Shown piece after piece: positions 48,828-56,958 of a stretch of DNA of 64,000 nucleotides. How positions within the stretch are numbered: the stretch's first letter is position 1; the number at the start of each line of letters is the position of its first letter. Source of the DNA: Patescibacteria group bacterium (lineage in GTDB: Bacteria > Patescibacteriota > Patescibacteriia > SG8-24 > DYFX01); assembly GCA_041659045.1 (NCBI GenBank), contig JBAZZB010000001.1, forward strand, positions 70,111 to 134,110. The letters run 5' to 3'. The notes beneath the pieces were generated by a model, which made no database searches, was not told where the DNA came from, and saw only the letters and a program-made list of their open reading frames with translations. A program made the translations under genes and the position numbers.

Positions 48828-49382
48828 ATGGTGGAAACGCTGATCAAGATGTTCGAGCAGGCGCATACTGCGCTTCGCGAGCAGTCGTGCGAGAATCATC
48901 ACGCCGACCACTCGGAATTCAGCAACGCGGGTTGGTTGGATGTCGGCCTCTCTGCGCTCGTGCTTGAGCTGCTGTTCCGTTACGTCGCGCTCGATCTGCA
49001 CAAGGCGGAAGTCTATCGTGCAGAGCGTCGAGAGGCACTGTCGAGAGCATATGAGCGCGACATGTCGTTTTACGACGCGGACGTGAAGAACTTCGTTGTT
49101 CCAGCCGTGCGGATACATGGCGAATTGTTCGTTCGTGAAGTCTGGGACGTGCTGAGAGATCGCTTGCCCAAACGCCGAATCCTGCGCGATACCGTTCGCG
49201 CCGTTCGTGAAAGCGGTTTACCGGACGATATCTGGCTCTATCTCGAACCGCAGATCGACCGGTATGCGCCACTGTTCGGGTTGAAACTGACCGGGCTTGT
49301 CGGTGGTGCGAAAAAGTTCGGCATGAAGAAGATCATTCAACGCGTGGCTCATGCTCCTGCTCAGGATGATGGCGATGAATGA
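48828..49382 (+). CDS. hypothetical protein (184 aa)
   Basis: GGAGG RBS then ATG (MVETLIKMFEQ...). Confidence 0.45.
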   Translation: MVETLIKMFEQAHTALREQSCENHHADHSEFSNAGWLDVGLSALVLELLFRYVALDLHKAEVYRAERREALSRAYERDMSFYDADVKNFVVPAVRIHGELFVREVWDVLRDRLPKRRILRDTVRAVRESGLPDDIWLYLEPQIDRYAPLFGLKLTGLVGGAKKFGMKKIIQRVAHAPAQDDGDE

Positions 49383-49401
49383 GCCTGCTACCTCGACAAC
49401 G

Positions 49402-49429
49402 GCCGCTCCTCCTGAGCGGCTTTTTATTT
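49402..49429 (+). terminator. intrinsic terminator
   Basis: gccgctc-ctcct-gagcggc hairpin followed by tttttatttg. Confidence 0.75.
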
Positions 49430-49463
49430 GCCTTGTTCGCCGTTCGGAGGCTAGACTGTCGCC

Positions 49464-51539
49464 ATGAAAACCTACGTCCTCAAGAAAAATGGCGAGGCCC
49501 CCGGTTTCCGCATTGATTACGCGGCGGAGCTCAACGAAGAGCAGCTCGCCGTCGTGATGAACGGTGACGGGCCATGCTTGGTGCTGGCGGGTGCCGGTTC
49601 CGGAAAAACGCGCACGATCGTTTATCGCGTGGCGTATCTTTTGGAAAAGGGGGTCCAGCCGGAGCATATTTTGCTTCTGACTTTCACCAACAAAGCCGCA
49701 CGTGAAATGCGTGAGCGCGTCGCGTCTTTGATTGGCACCGAACCTGGGCGCTTGTGGGGAGGCACGTTCCACCATGTTTGCCACCGTATCTTGAGGGAGC
49801 GGGGGAATCGCGTCGGACTTCGCGAGGGTTTCACAATTCTCGATTCCGAGGACGCGAAGGATCTGATGAAAACCTGCGTGCGAGAACTTGGTGTCGATAC
49901 GAAAGCGAAGCGTTTTCCGTCGCCGGCGGTGCTCTTGAGTCTCGCGTCTTTTTCGTTCAACGCGGGTTTGTCGCTGATCGAAACGATTGAAGCCAAGCAC
50001 CCGGCGTTTCGCGATCATGCTTCGTCTATTGAGGACGTTGTCGCGAGATACATGGCGAAGAAGCGCGCTTCAAACACCGTCGACTTTGATGATCTCTTGC
50101 TCCTGACCGCCAAGCTCTTGCGCGAGGATGAAGACTCCAGGCGCCGCTACGCCGAGCAATTCCGATATATTCTTGTCGACGAGTATCAAGATACAAACCG
50201 CGTTCAAGCGGAAATTGTTTGTCGTCTCGCCACTGCGCACGGCAACGTGGTCGTGGTTGGAGACGACGCGCAGTCGATCTACTCGTTCCGCGGCGCGGAC
50301 ATTCGTAATATCTTGGCGTTTCCAAAATTGTTCCCGAACGCGAAAACGTTCCGACTCGAAACCAACTATCGTTCGACGCCGGAAATTCTAAGTCTCGCCA
50401 ACGACGTCATTTCGAAAAATACCGAGCAGTTTCCCAAGGAACTAAAAAGCATGAAAGCGTCGTTCGCCAAGCCATCGGTGGTGAACGCGGTTTCCGGAGC
50501 GCAGGAAGCGGAATTCGTCGCTCAGCGCATCAGTGAACTGCACGACGAAGGTACGCCCTACGACGAGATCTCTGTGCTCTTCCGCGCGACATTCCATTCG
50601 CAAGCGCTTGAATTCGAACTCATGAAACGCGGTATTCCGTACGACTACCGCGGCGGCATGAAATTTTTTGACCGCGCGCATATTAAGGACGCGCTCGCGT
50701 TTTTGCGCATTGCCACCAACAAAGACGATGAAGTCGCTTGGATGCGCGTTCTGTCGCTCCAGGTCGGCATCGGTCCGGCGACGGCTGTTCGATTGTTCGA
50801 GCGCGTCCGCTCGCTCTCGACGCTTGATGATGTTGCTGACGATGCCGCATCCGGTCTTCCGGCGCGCGCGGCTGCAGGCTGGAAAGCCTTCTTGAAAATG
50901 TTTGGCGACGTACTCGACGCGCGTCCGTCTCCTTCGAATTTGCTGCGGACCGTGGCAGATTCGGAGTACAAGATCTATTTGGAAAACGAATATCCCGACT
51001 ACCGTGATCGGCTTGAAGATCTCGAACAGATTGCGGGTTTCGCCGAGCAGTATCCCGACGTCGAATCGTTTTTGGCCGACGCGGCGCTTCGTGATGATAT
51101 CGCCGCTGCCGGCAAGAACGCGCGTATTCTCAAGCCGACGGATACGGAAGACGGCAAGGTTGTGCTTTCGACCATTCATCAAGCCAAAGGGCTCGAATGG
51201 GACGCGGTCTTCGTTATTCATATGACGCAAGGCGCTTTTCCAAACAAGCGTGCCCTCGTCGAAGGTGACGCGGGTTCGGGTCTGGAAGAGGAGCGTCGTT
51301 TATTCTACGTAGCCGTCACGCGCGCCCGCCGCGACCTATGGCTCACGTACCCGCTTTCGGTCGGATACGGCGATTTTTCTTTCGAGCCGAAGTCGGAATT
51401 CTTGCAAGAGATTTCGCCGCGCTTGGTTGAAGAGGTGCGTATTGAAGAATCCTACGAAGACCTGCCGACGATCTCCTACGACGAAAACGGAGATCCGATC
51501 CAGCGAAAGGGTTTGTTAAAAAATATCGACGAGTATTGA
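49464..51539 (+). CDS. ATP-dependent DNA helicase, UvrD/PcrA/Rep family
   Basis: LNEEQLAVVMNGDGPCLVLAGAGSGKTRT (Walker A), LTFTNKAAREM, ILVDEYQDTN (Walker B), VGDDAQSIYSFRGA, C-terminal LFYVAVTRAR. Confidence 0.85.
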   Translation: MKTYVLKKNGEAPGFRIDYAAELNEEQLAVVMNGDGPCLVLAGAGSGKTRTIVYRVAYLLEKGVQPEHILLLTFTNKAAREMRERVASLIGTEPGRLWGGTFHHVCHRILRERGNRVGLREGFTILDSEDAKDLMKTCVRELGVDTKAKRFPSPAVLLSLASFSFNAGLSLIETIEAKHPAFRDHASSIEDVVARYMAKKRASNTVDFDDLLLLTAKLLREDEDSRRRYAEQFRYILVDEYQDTNRVQAEIVCRLATAHGNVVVVGDDAQSIYSFRGADIRNILAFPKLFPNAKTFRLETNYRSTPEILSLANDVISKNTEQFPKELKSMKASFAKPSVVNAVSGAQEAEFVAQRISELHDEGTPYDEISVLFRATFHSQALEFELMKRGIPYDYRGGMKFFDRAHIKDALAFLRIATNKDDEVAWMRVLSLQVGIGPATAVRLFERVRSLSTLDDVADDAASGLPARAAAGWKAFLKMFGDVLDARPSPSNLLRTVADSEYKIYLENEYPDYRDRLEDLEQIAGFAEQYPDVESFLADAALRDDIAAAGKNARILKPTDTEDGKVVLSTIHQAKGLEWDAVFVIHMTQGAFPNKRALVEGDAGSGLEEERRLFYVAVTRARRDLWLTYPLSVGYGDFSFEPKSEFLQEISPRLVEEVRIEESYEDLPTISYDENGDPIQRKGLLKNIDEY

Positions 51540-51553
51540 TCGGAAATAAAAGA

Positions 51554-51586
51554 GCCTCGACCTTAGGTCGAGGCTTTGCCGATTTT
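51554..51586. terminator. bidirectional terminator between the helicase and the DHH gene
   Basis: gcctcgacc-ttag-gtcgaggc hairpin followed by tttgccgatttt; the TAA stop of the minus-strand gene lies in the loop. Confidence 0.6.
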
Positions 51587-52660
51587 GCCGTTGCGATCCC
51601 CGACGCGTCCGCGCCGCAGTTGGACCCGGCGCTTGAACTGAGCGCTGAGAAATGCGATGAGCAGGTCGGCCGATTCGGGAAACGGTACGTGGGGTTCGGC
51701 GAGCTGATAGCGCGCGCCGCCGGAGCCGTGCTTGGCGCCGCCGTTGCCTTTGCCGAAGATCTCCTCGATGAACTTGGTGAGGGGCAGCTCCTTGCTGTAG
51801 CTGCGCACCGACGCGCGTACCCAGGCGCCCGTGACGCCCCAGATGACGGTCGTCTCGGCGCCTTCGTTGCGACGCTGACGGTTGGCGATGATCGAGAGCA
51901 GGTCGCCGTCATCTTCCTTGAGGAGGCTGGTCGTGTGCGCGATACGTACGCCGTCGATCACTTCGATCGTGGCGAGGATCTCTCGCTCCAGATCCGAAAA
52001 GTGCGACGGAAGACGGAAGTTGAAGCACGCTTCGAGCAGCTCTTGATCGCCGTCCATCATGAGCCAGGCGAATGTTTCGATGTCCGCCGGACGTACGATG
52101 CCGAGCGTCAGGTGTTCGGTGTCCGAGTGGATACCGACGGCGGCAAGCGTACGGAGCTTCTTGTCCATCGGGACCTTGAGCTCGCGAGCGAGGAGCGTGC
52201 AGAGCGTTGTGGCCGAACCACACGATTCGATCAGATCGAAGCCGTTCTTGATCTTCATCGTCTGCTCGAGATGGTGGTCGACGCGGTAGACAAAGCGCTT
52301 CGGATCGATCTTCACACCGGCACCGAACCGCGAGTCTTCGAGCCGCGACGAATCGACGAGACCGAGCGGCCCTCTTTCAGGCAGCTCGGCGAGCGGTCGC
52401 ATCGTCTTCATCAGCTCCCACTCGTTGTAGAGGAGCTGGTTCTGCGGATGTCCGAAGCCGCCGGCGTAGTAGATCTCGCAGGCCACGCCTTGCGACTCGA
52501 AGAGTGCCTTCGTGACGTGTGCCGCCGCGATGCCGTCCGGATCGATCTGTGCGACGATGATCGAAATCTGTTCTGCCGCCTTCAGCGTCTTGATGAGGGC
52601 TTTGAGTCTCTGGATGTGATCGGGCTTCAAGAGACCGGTCGTGTTTGAATGTGCAGCCAT
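51563..52660 (-). CDS. DHH family phosphoesterase (NrnA-like), high-GC3 gene
   Basis: GGAGG RBS; DHH motifs IVAQIDPDGIAAAH, YRVDHH, DHHA1-like GGAKHGSGGA. Confidence 0.65.
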   Translation of the reverse strand: MAAHSNTTGLLKPDHIQRLKALIKTLKAAEQISIIVAQIDPDGIAAAHVTKALFESQGVACEIYYAGGFGHPQNQLLYNEWELMKTMRPLAELPERGPLGLVDSSRLEDSRFGAGVKIDPKRFVYRVDHHLEQTMKIKNGFDLIESCGSATTLCTLLARELKVPMDKKLRTLAAVGIHSDTEHLTLGIVRPADIETFAWLMMDGDQELLEACFNFRLPSHFSDLEREILATIEVIDGVRIAHTTSLLKEDDGDLLSIIANRQRRNEGAETTVIWGVTGAWVRASVRSYSKELPLTKFIEEIFGKGNGGAKHGSGGARYQLAEPHVPFPESADLLIAFLSAQFKRRVQLRRGRVGDRNGKIGKAST

Positions 52661-52734
52661 GCTTCCTCCGCGGCGAGCATACGCCTTTTACACGCCGTGT
52701 CAATGTGCTACATTCGTGCCGGAGGAATCCCAAC

Positions 52735-53271
52735 ATGCAACACATGACGGAAGACAAGGAATACGAAGAGAAGTTCCTGGTACGGCAGGATCTCTTGCCG
52801 CGTACGTTGCTGTCGGGCCTCTCTAGCATCCGACAGGGTTTTCTTTCGCTTGATCCGGTCGTGCGCATCCGTGAGCAAGACGGTGTCTATGTCGCCGAGT
52901 TCAAGGGTGGTGACGATGATGAGATCTTGATCGGGCATCCAACGCCGAAGCACGGCGCGAAGCTGCTCGGCCACTGCGCCGACGTGGCCGGCATCATCAC
53001 GAAAGGACGCGGTCGCATCGAAGCCGGTTTCGATCAGCGCGTGTGGGAACTCGATGTCTTCCGTGGGAAGAATGCGCCGCTCATGGTCGTCGAGATCGAG
53101 AAACCAACCAAGACGTATTCGCTCAAAAAGCACAAAGCGCTTTGGCCGGAGTGGATTGGCAAGAATGTCACGAAGGACAAGCGCTTCAAGAACAAATATC
53201 TTGCCGTGCACCCGTTCTCAACGTGGCCGAAGACCGAACAGAAGAAAATCCTCAGATTCATGGGCGTATAG
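52735..53271 (+). CDS. CYTH-domain (triphosphate tunnel metalloenzyme) protein
   Basis: GGAGGAA RBS; N-terminal EYEEKFLV matches the CYTH ExExK signature; about 180 aa. Confidence 0.55.
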   Translation: MQHMTEDKEYEEKFLVRQDLLPRTLLSGLSSIRQGFLSLDPVVRIREQDGVYVAEFKGGDDDEILIGHPTPKHGAKLLGHCADVAGIITKGRGRIEAGFDQRVWELDVFRGKNAPLMVVEIEKPTKTYSLKKHKALWPEWIGKNVTKDKRFKNKYLAVHPFSTWPKTEQKKILRFMGV

Positions 53272-53416
53272 CCCATTTTTTCTTTGGGGATAACTCAGGG
53301 TTGTGCCTGGGGGTAGAGGCACTATACTAGGGGCACCTAAGGACACCGCATATGTTGAACCGGACGCAATTCATTGCACGGCACACAGGCGATTTCCGAT
53401 TGGTAACAAAAAGCTC

Positions 53417-53443
53417 TTCATCGTGAAGAGTTTTTTGTATGCT
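53417..53443 (+). terminator. terminator-like hairpin downstream of CYTH gene
   Basis: aaaagctcttca-tcg-tgaagagtttttt. Confidence 0.45.
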
Positions 53444-53493
53444 CCTTGACCGGAGTTCCTTCCACCCACGTTGCAGACCAAGAGAGGTATGTC

Positions 53494-54921
53494 ATGGCGA
53501 ACAAGACCCCGCGTGAAGTTGTCGCGGAGTTTGCTGCGCAAGTCTGCGGCAAGCCCCCGAAGACGATTACTCCCGACGAGAAGACCAAGATTCTCGAGAA
53601 GTGCGTGCGGTACAAGATCGGTCGACGGCGCGTGGGCGAATGCCTGCGCGACCTCGGCTACAAGCAGGAGCTCCCCGCGCGCCAGCAGCCGCAGATTCTG
53701 AAGATGATCGCACGCGCCTTCAAGGCCGCGCAGAATCCCAAGAATCGGAACGAGCTGACGCTGCTCAAGGACAAGCTCCTCGCGGAAATCGAAGACGCAA
53801 CCAAGACGCTCGGCATCGCCAAGCCGTCGTGGGATCACGTCCTCGAGATCGCGCGCGGCATCTCGGGGCTTCCTCAGTGGCCACGCGCCACGGGGTTGCC
53901 GCCCGGCCCTCTGTCGGACGATGAACTGCGCAAGCAGCTCACCGACTTCATGGTGCGAGCGCGTACCGAAAAGGAGGTCAAGAAGAAGTACGGTGATCGC
54001 GGCCTCGCGCTGCTCGCCGGACTCGTTCAGACGCCTCCCGCCGGCTTTCGCATGAAGGATGGTCGCAACGAGTGGCAGGAGAAGACGCTCTACCTGGAGC
54101 AGATTCTCGGCAAGCGTGTCGTGAAGGTTGGCAAGCGCGTGTTCGAGATCCGGCACTCCGAGAACGACATCGACTACGTGTCGGTGATCTTTCCGCAGAG
54201 CCTGGATTTCGCCGACTCGCCCGAAGACAACCAGATCCGCATTCTGCCGATCGACACCGTCTGGTACGGAGACCACGGCTGCGACCTCGAGCGTTTCAAG
54301 GAGTACCTCCTGTACATCGAGCGCAAGCCGTACGTCTTCGCCTTCCTGAACGGCGACATCATCGGCGGCAGCGACTACACCAAGGATACGGCGGTGCTTC
54401 GGCGCGCGGAGCTCAAGGAGCTTCTCAAGCCGGTGGCACACAAGATCCTCTGGGCGCAGTCCGGGCCGCTCGAGCGTCGCATGCGCCGGGTCGACGGCAT
54501 CGAGCCTCTGGCTGACGTCTGCAACGACCTCAAGATCCATCACACGGATCGCCCGGTCGGCGCTGACGTCTACTGGAAGATCCCGACGAAGCCGATCGAG
54601 TTCGTCGCTCTGCACGGCCGTTCGCAGGCCCGCAAGGACGGCTCGAAGGTCAACGCCCTGCAAGACATCGTCGTCGGCAACAACTTCCCGCACTTCGTGG
54701 TCCTGGGCCACTTGCAGGAAGGCATCACCAAGAGCTTCACGGTGCGCCGGCGAGATCCGGTCAACCTGACGATCTTGGAGCATACGACGATCGGCATCGT
54801 TTGCCCGGGCTTCCGCAAGCACCGGGGATCCGACGCCGAGAAGAAGGGCTACCCGTCGCCGGCCATGGGCACCGTCGGGTGCCTGATCGGCGCCGACAAC
54901 TCCCACAAGGCCGCGAGCTAG
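53494..54921 (+). CDS. calcineurin-like phosphoesterase-related protein with degenerate catalytic motifs (paralog A), high-GC3 gene
   Basis: About 200-aa helical N-terminal region, then a C-terminal domain alignable to the downstream gene (PIDTVWYGDHGCD vs PFSDVHYGHRRCD, FLNGD in both, GYPSP vs GYSPG). The DxH of motif I is replaced by TVW, GNHD by GNNF, and GHxH by GHLQ. Confidence 0.5.
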   Translation: MANKTPREVVAEFAAQVCGKPPKTITPDEKTKILEKCVRYKIGRRRVGECLRDLGYKQELPARQQPQILKMIARAFKAAQNPKNRNELTLLKDKLLAEIEDATKTLGIAKPSWDHVLEIARGISGLPQWPRATGLPPGPLSDDELRKQLTDFMVRARTEKEVKKKYGDRGLALLAGLVQTPPAGFRMKDGRNEWQEKTLYLEQILGKRVVKVGKRVFEIRHSENDIDYVSVIFPQSLDFADSPEDNQIRILPIDTVWYGDHGCDLERFKEYLLYIERKPYVFAFLNGDIIGGSDYTKDTAVLRRAELKELLKPVAHKILWAQSGPLERRMRRVDGIEPLADVCNDLKIHHTDRPVGADVYWKIPTKPIEFVALHGRSQARKDGSKVNALQDIVVGNNFPHFVVLGHLQEGITKSFTVRRRDPVNLTILEHTTIGIVCPGFRKHRGSDAEKKGYPSPAMGTVGCLIGADNSHKAAS

Positions 54922-54929
54922 GAGGACGT

Positions 54930-56030
54930 ATGAAGAACAAGCACGCCTTGATCGAACAGTTGGTCAAGATCTCTTCTCGCGGCCGTCGCGTGGAAGAGAT
55001 CGCTCGCGAGCTTGAGGAGCCGGTCGACAAGATCCAAGCGCTCCTCGAGAGCAAGCCGCGCATGCCGGAAGGTTTCCTGCTCACGAGCTGGAAGGACCAT
55101 CTCGGCATGACGTACTGGCAAGTCCTGGCACCCGAAGCGCCGCCGCCGAAGATCGAACCGCGCGCGTACCGCTACGTCCGTTCGAAGGACGAGGCCTACC
55201 ACCGCGTGTTCATCCCCGACGACATCGTCGACGAGAACGGACGTCCCGCGAAGTACATCGAGCTGTTCCCGTTCTCCGACGTGCACTACGGGCATCGTCG
55301 CTGCGACAAGGGCAACTTCATGCGCGACGTGAAGGAAGTGGCGCGGCGGCCCAACCGCTACGGCTTCCTGAACGGCGACAACATGGAGATGTCTCTTGGC
55401 GACAGCGCTGGCGGTGCCGCGTGGGCCGAGCAGGACCTGACGCCCGAAGAGCAGCGCGAGAAGTCGGAACACATCTACCGGCCCATCGCGCACAAGCTCA
55501 TCGTGGCCCGTACGGGCAACCACGATGGTCGTCCGGGACGCAACGGCTCCGGCATGAATCCTCTGAAGGAAGTGTGCAAGAGCCTGGGCGGCATCCCGTA
55601 CTTCAACGGACCTTCCAACATGGACGTCATCTGGAGGGGGTACAGCTGGTCTTTCTTCATGAAGCACGGTACGGGGTCCTCGAACACGGCTGGCGGTAAG
55701 CTGAACACCGCCGGACGCGATCGTGGCTTCACCGACTTCCGGAACTTCTTCATCATGGGCCACGTCCACGATGAGATGTCCCACAAGGTCGTGCGAAAGG
55801 TGCGTCGCCGTGTCTATGACGCGGATGGCAAGCTCCAGCGCTTCTGGGAGGAAGAGCTTCGTGAGTACAAGGTGATCTGTCCGTCGTACCTGCTCTACTC
55901 GGGTACGTACGCGGAAGAAGCGGGGTACAGCCCCGGCAGCCGGAACACGATCGTGATCCAGTTGTTCGCCAGCGGCGACTACCGCGTGGTCTCGAGCAAG
56001 CGTGGACAGAACACGGTGCTCGCCATCTGA
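54930..56030 (+). CDS. calcineurin-like metallophosphoesterase (paralog B, all catalytic motifs intact), high-GC3 gene
   Basis: GGAGG RBS; SDVHYGH (DxH), FLNGD (GD), TGNHDGRP (GNHD), IMGHVHDE (GHxH); about 95-aa N-terminal helical extension. Confidence 0.6.
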   Translation: MKNKHALIEQLVKISSRGRRVEEIARELEEPVDKIQALLESKPRMPEGFLLTSWKDHLGMTYWQVLAPEAPPPKIEPRAYRYVRSKDEAYHRVFIPDDIVDENGRPAKYIELFPFSDVHYGHRRCDKGNFMRDVKEVARRPNRYGFLNGDNMEMSLGDSAGGAAWAEQDLTPEEQREKSEHIYRPIAHKLIVARTGNHDGRPGRNGSGMNPLKEVCKSLGGIPYFNGPSNMDVIWRGYSWSFFMKHGTGSSNTAGGKLNTAGRDRGFTDFRNFFIMGHVHDEMSHKVVRKVRRRVYDADGKLQRFWEEELREYKVICPSYLLYSGTYAEEAGYSPGSRNTIVIQLFASGDYRVVSSKRGQNTVLAI

Positions 56031-56039
56031 AACGCATAA

Positions 56040-56074
56040 CCCCCCGACATACGTCGGAGGGTTTTTCTTTTTTC
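56040..56074. terminator. bidirectional intrinsic terminator
   Basis: ccccccgac-atac-gtcggaggg hairpin followed by tttttcttttttc; a convergent minus-strand gene ends 15 nt further on. Confidence 0.8.
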
Positions 56075-56088
56075 TGCGTTGGCGTCGC

Positions 56089-56847
56089 TTATGGCGCGGG
56101 CTGCGTGGCGGGTTGGAAACCGGAGGAACCGGTTTTCACGATCGTGAGATCGAAACCGAGATCTTCTTTTACGACGCTGATTAGCGTTGGATTGGTGATG
56201 TTGAAAATATCGCCGCGGCCGCGCGGTTCAAGGAGGAATCCGCCGAAGACGTAGGTTTGTCCGGGGATGGGATCGGCGTTCAGATTTGCGACAAGGGCTT
56301 TTTCGGCAACGATGACTTCTCGTTCAAGGGGCACGATGCCAAAGACGGCAAGACTACGACTGATCCCCACCGTCGCGTCAAACGTGAACGATATGATCTT
56401 TTTTCCCATCAAGGCAGCCTTCACATTACCGTCTGCGTAGGCCAGTTCTGCGGCCGGAGAAAATTCCAGTGTGAGTCGCGTCCAACGTCCATCGGGAATG
56501 CGCTCGCTCAAGACCTTCTGAACGGAGCCTGGCTGCAACATGACACGTTGAACGCCGCTGAAAAACTCTGTCGACGCGCCGGAGGCATCCACAACCGTCG
56601 CTTTGACGAGTGTAAGCTCTGCGCGTGACGCGTTGTCCGGCAACGCGGACGGGGGAGCCAGATAGAGGTTGAGCGCGCTGTTGCGTGCCTTCTCAGGTGT
56701 TTCCGGGGTTGAAATGACGGGCGTGACGGGCGTCTTTTTTCCGTACGGCGGCAATCCAAAACGCGGCGCAATGAACAGGAGCCAGAGAACGGCGCAGGCT
56801 GCGAGGAGCGCGATTGTCAGCAAGAGTGAGAACGTCGAGCGTTTCAT
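56089..56847 (-). CDS. secreted hypothetical protein
   Basis: Only the C-terminal 252 codons of track ORF 56089-57660 are real: start at MKRSTFSLLLTIALLAACAV (signal peptide). The upstream part is antisense to metK. Confidence 0.55.
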   Translation of the reverse strand: MKRSTFSLLLTIALLAACAVLWLLFIAPRFGLPPYGKKTPVTPVISTPETPEKARNSALNLYLAPPSALPDNASRAELTLVKATVVDASGASTEFFSGVQRVMLQPGSVQKVLSERIPDGRWTRLTLEFSPAAELAYADGNVKAALMGKKIISFTFDATVGISRSLAVFGIVPLEREVIVAEKALVANLNADPIPGQTYVFGGFLLEPRGRGDIFNITNPTLISVVKEDLGFDLTIVKTGSSGFQPATQPAP

Positions 56848-56913
56848 ACGCAAACAGTATATCATGGCGTACCGTCCCCGAACGACGTGCCGCGTCCTTG
56901 GGGAAAAACGTTG

Positions 56914-56942
56914 TTGACATTCACCCCCTCGGGGACTAAGGT
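56914..56942 (+). promoter_or_regulatory. candidate sigma70-like promoter for metK
   Basis: TTGACA (56914-56919), 17-nt spacer, TAAGGT; about 16 nt to the ATG region. The leader is too short for a SAM riboswitch. Confidence 0.3.
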
Positions 56943-56958
56943 TGGACGGCATTTCCCC

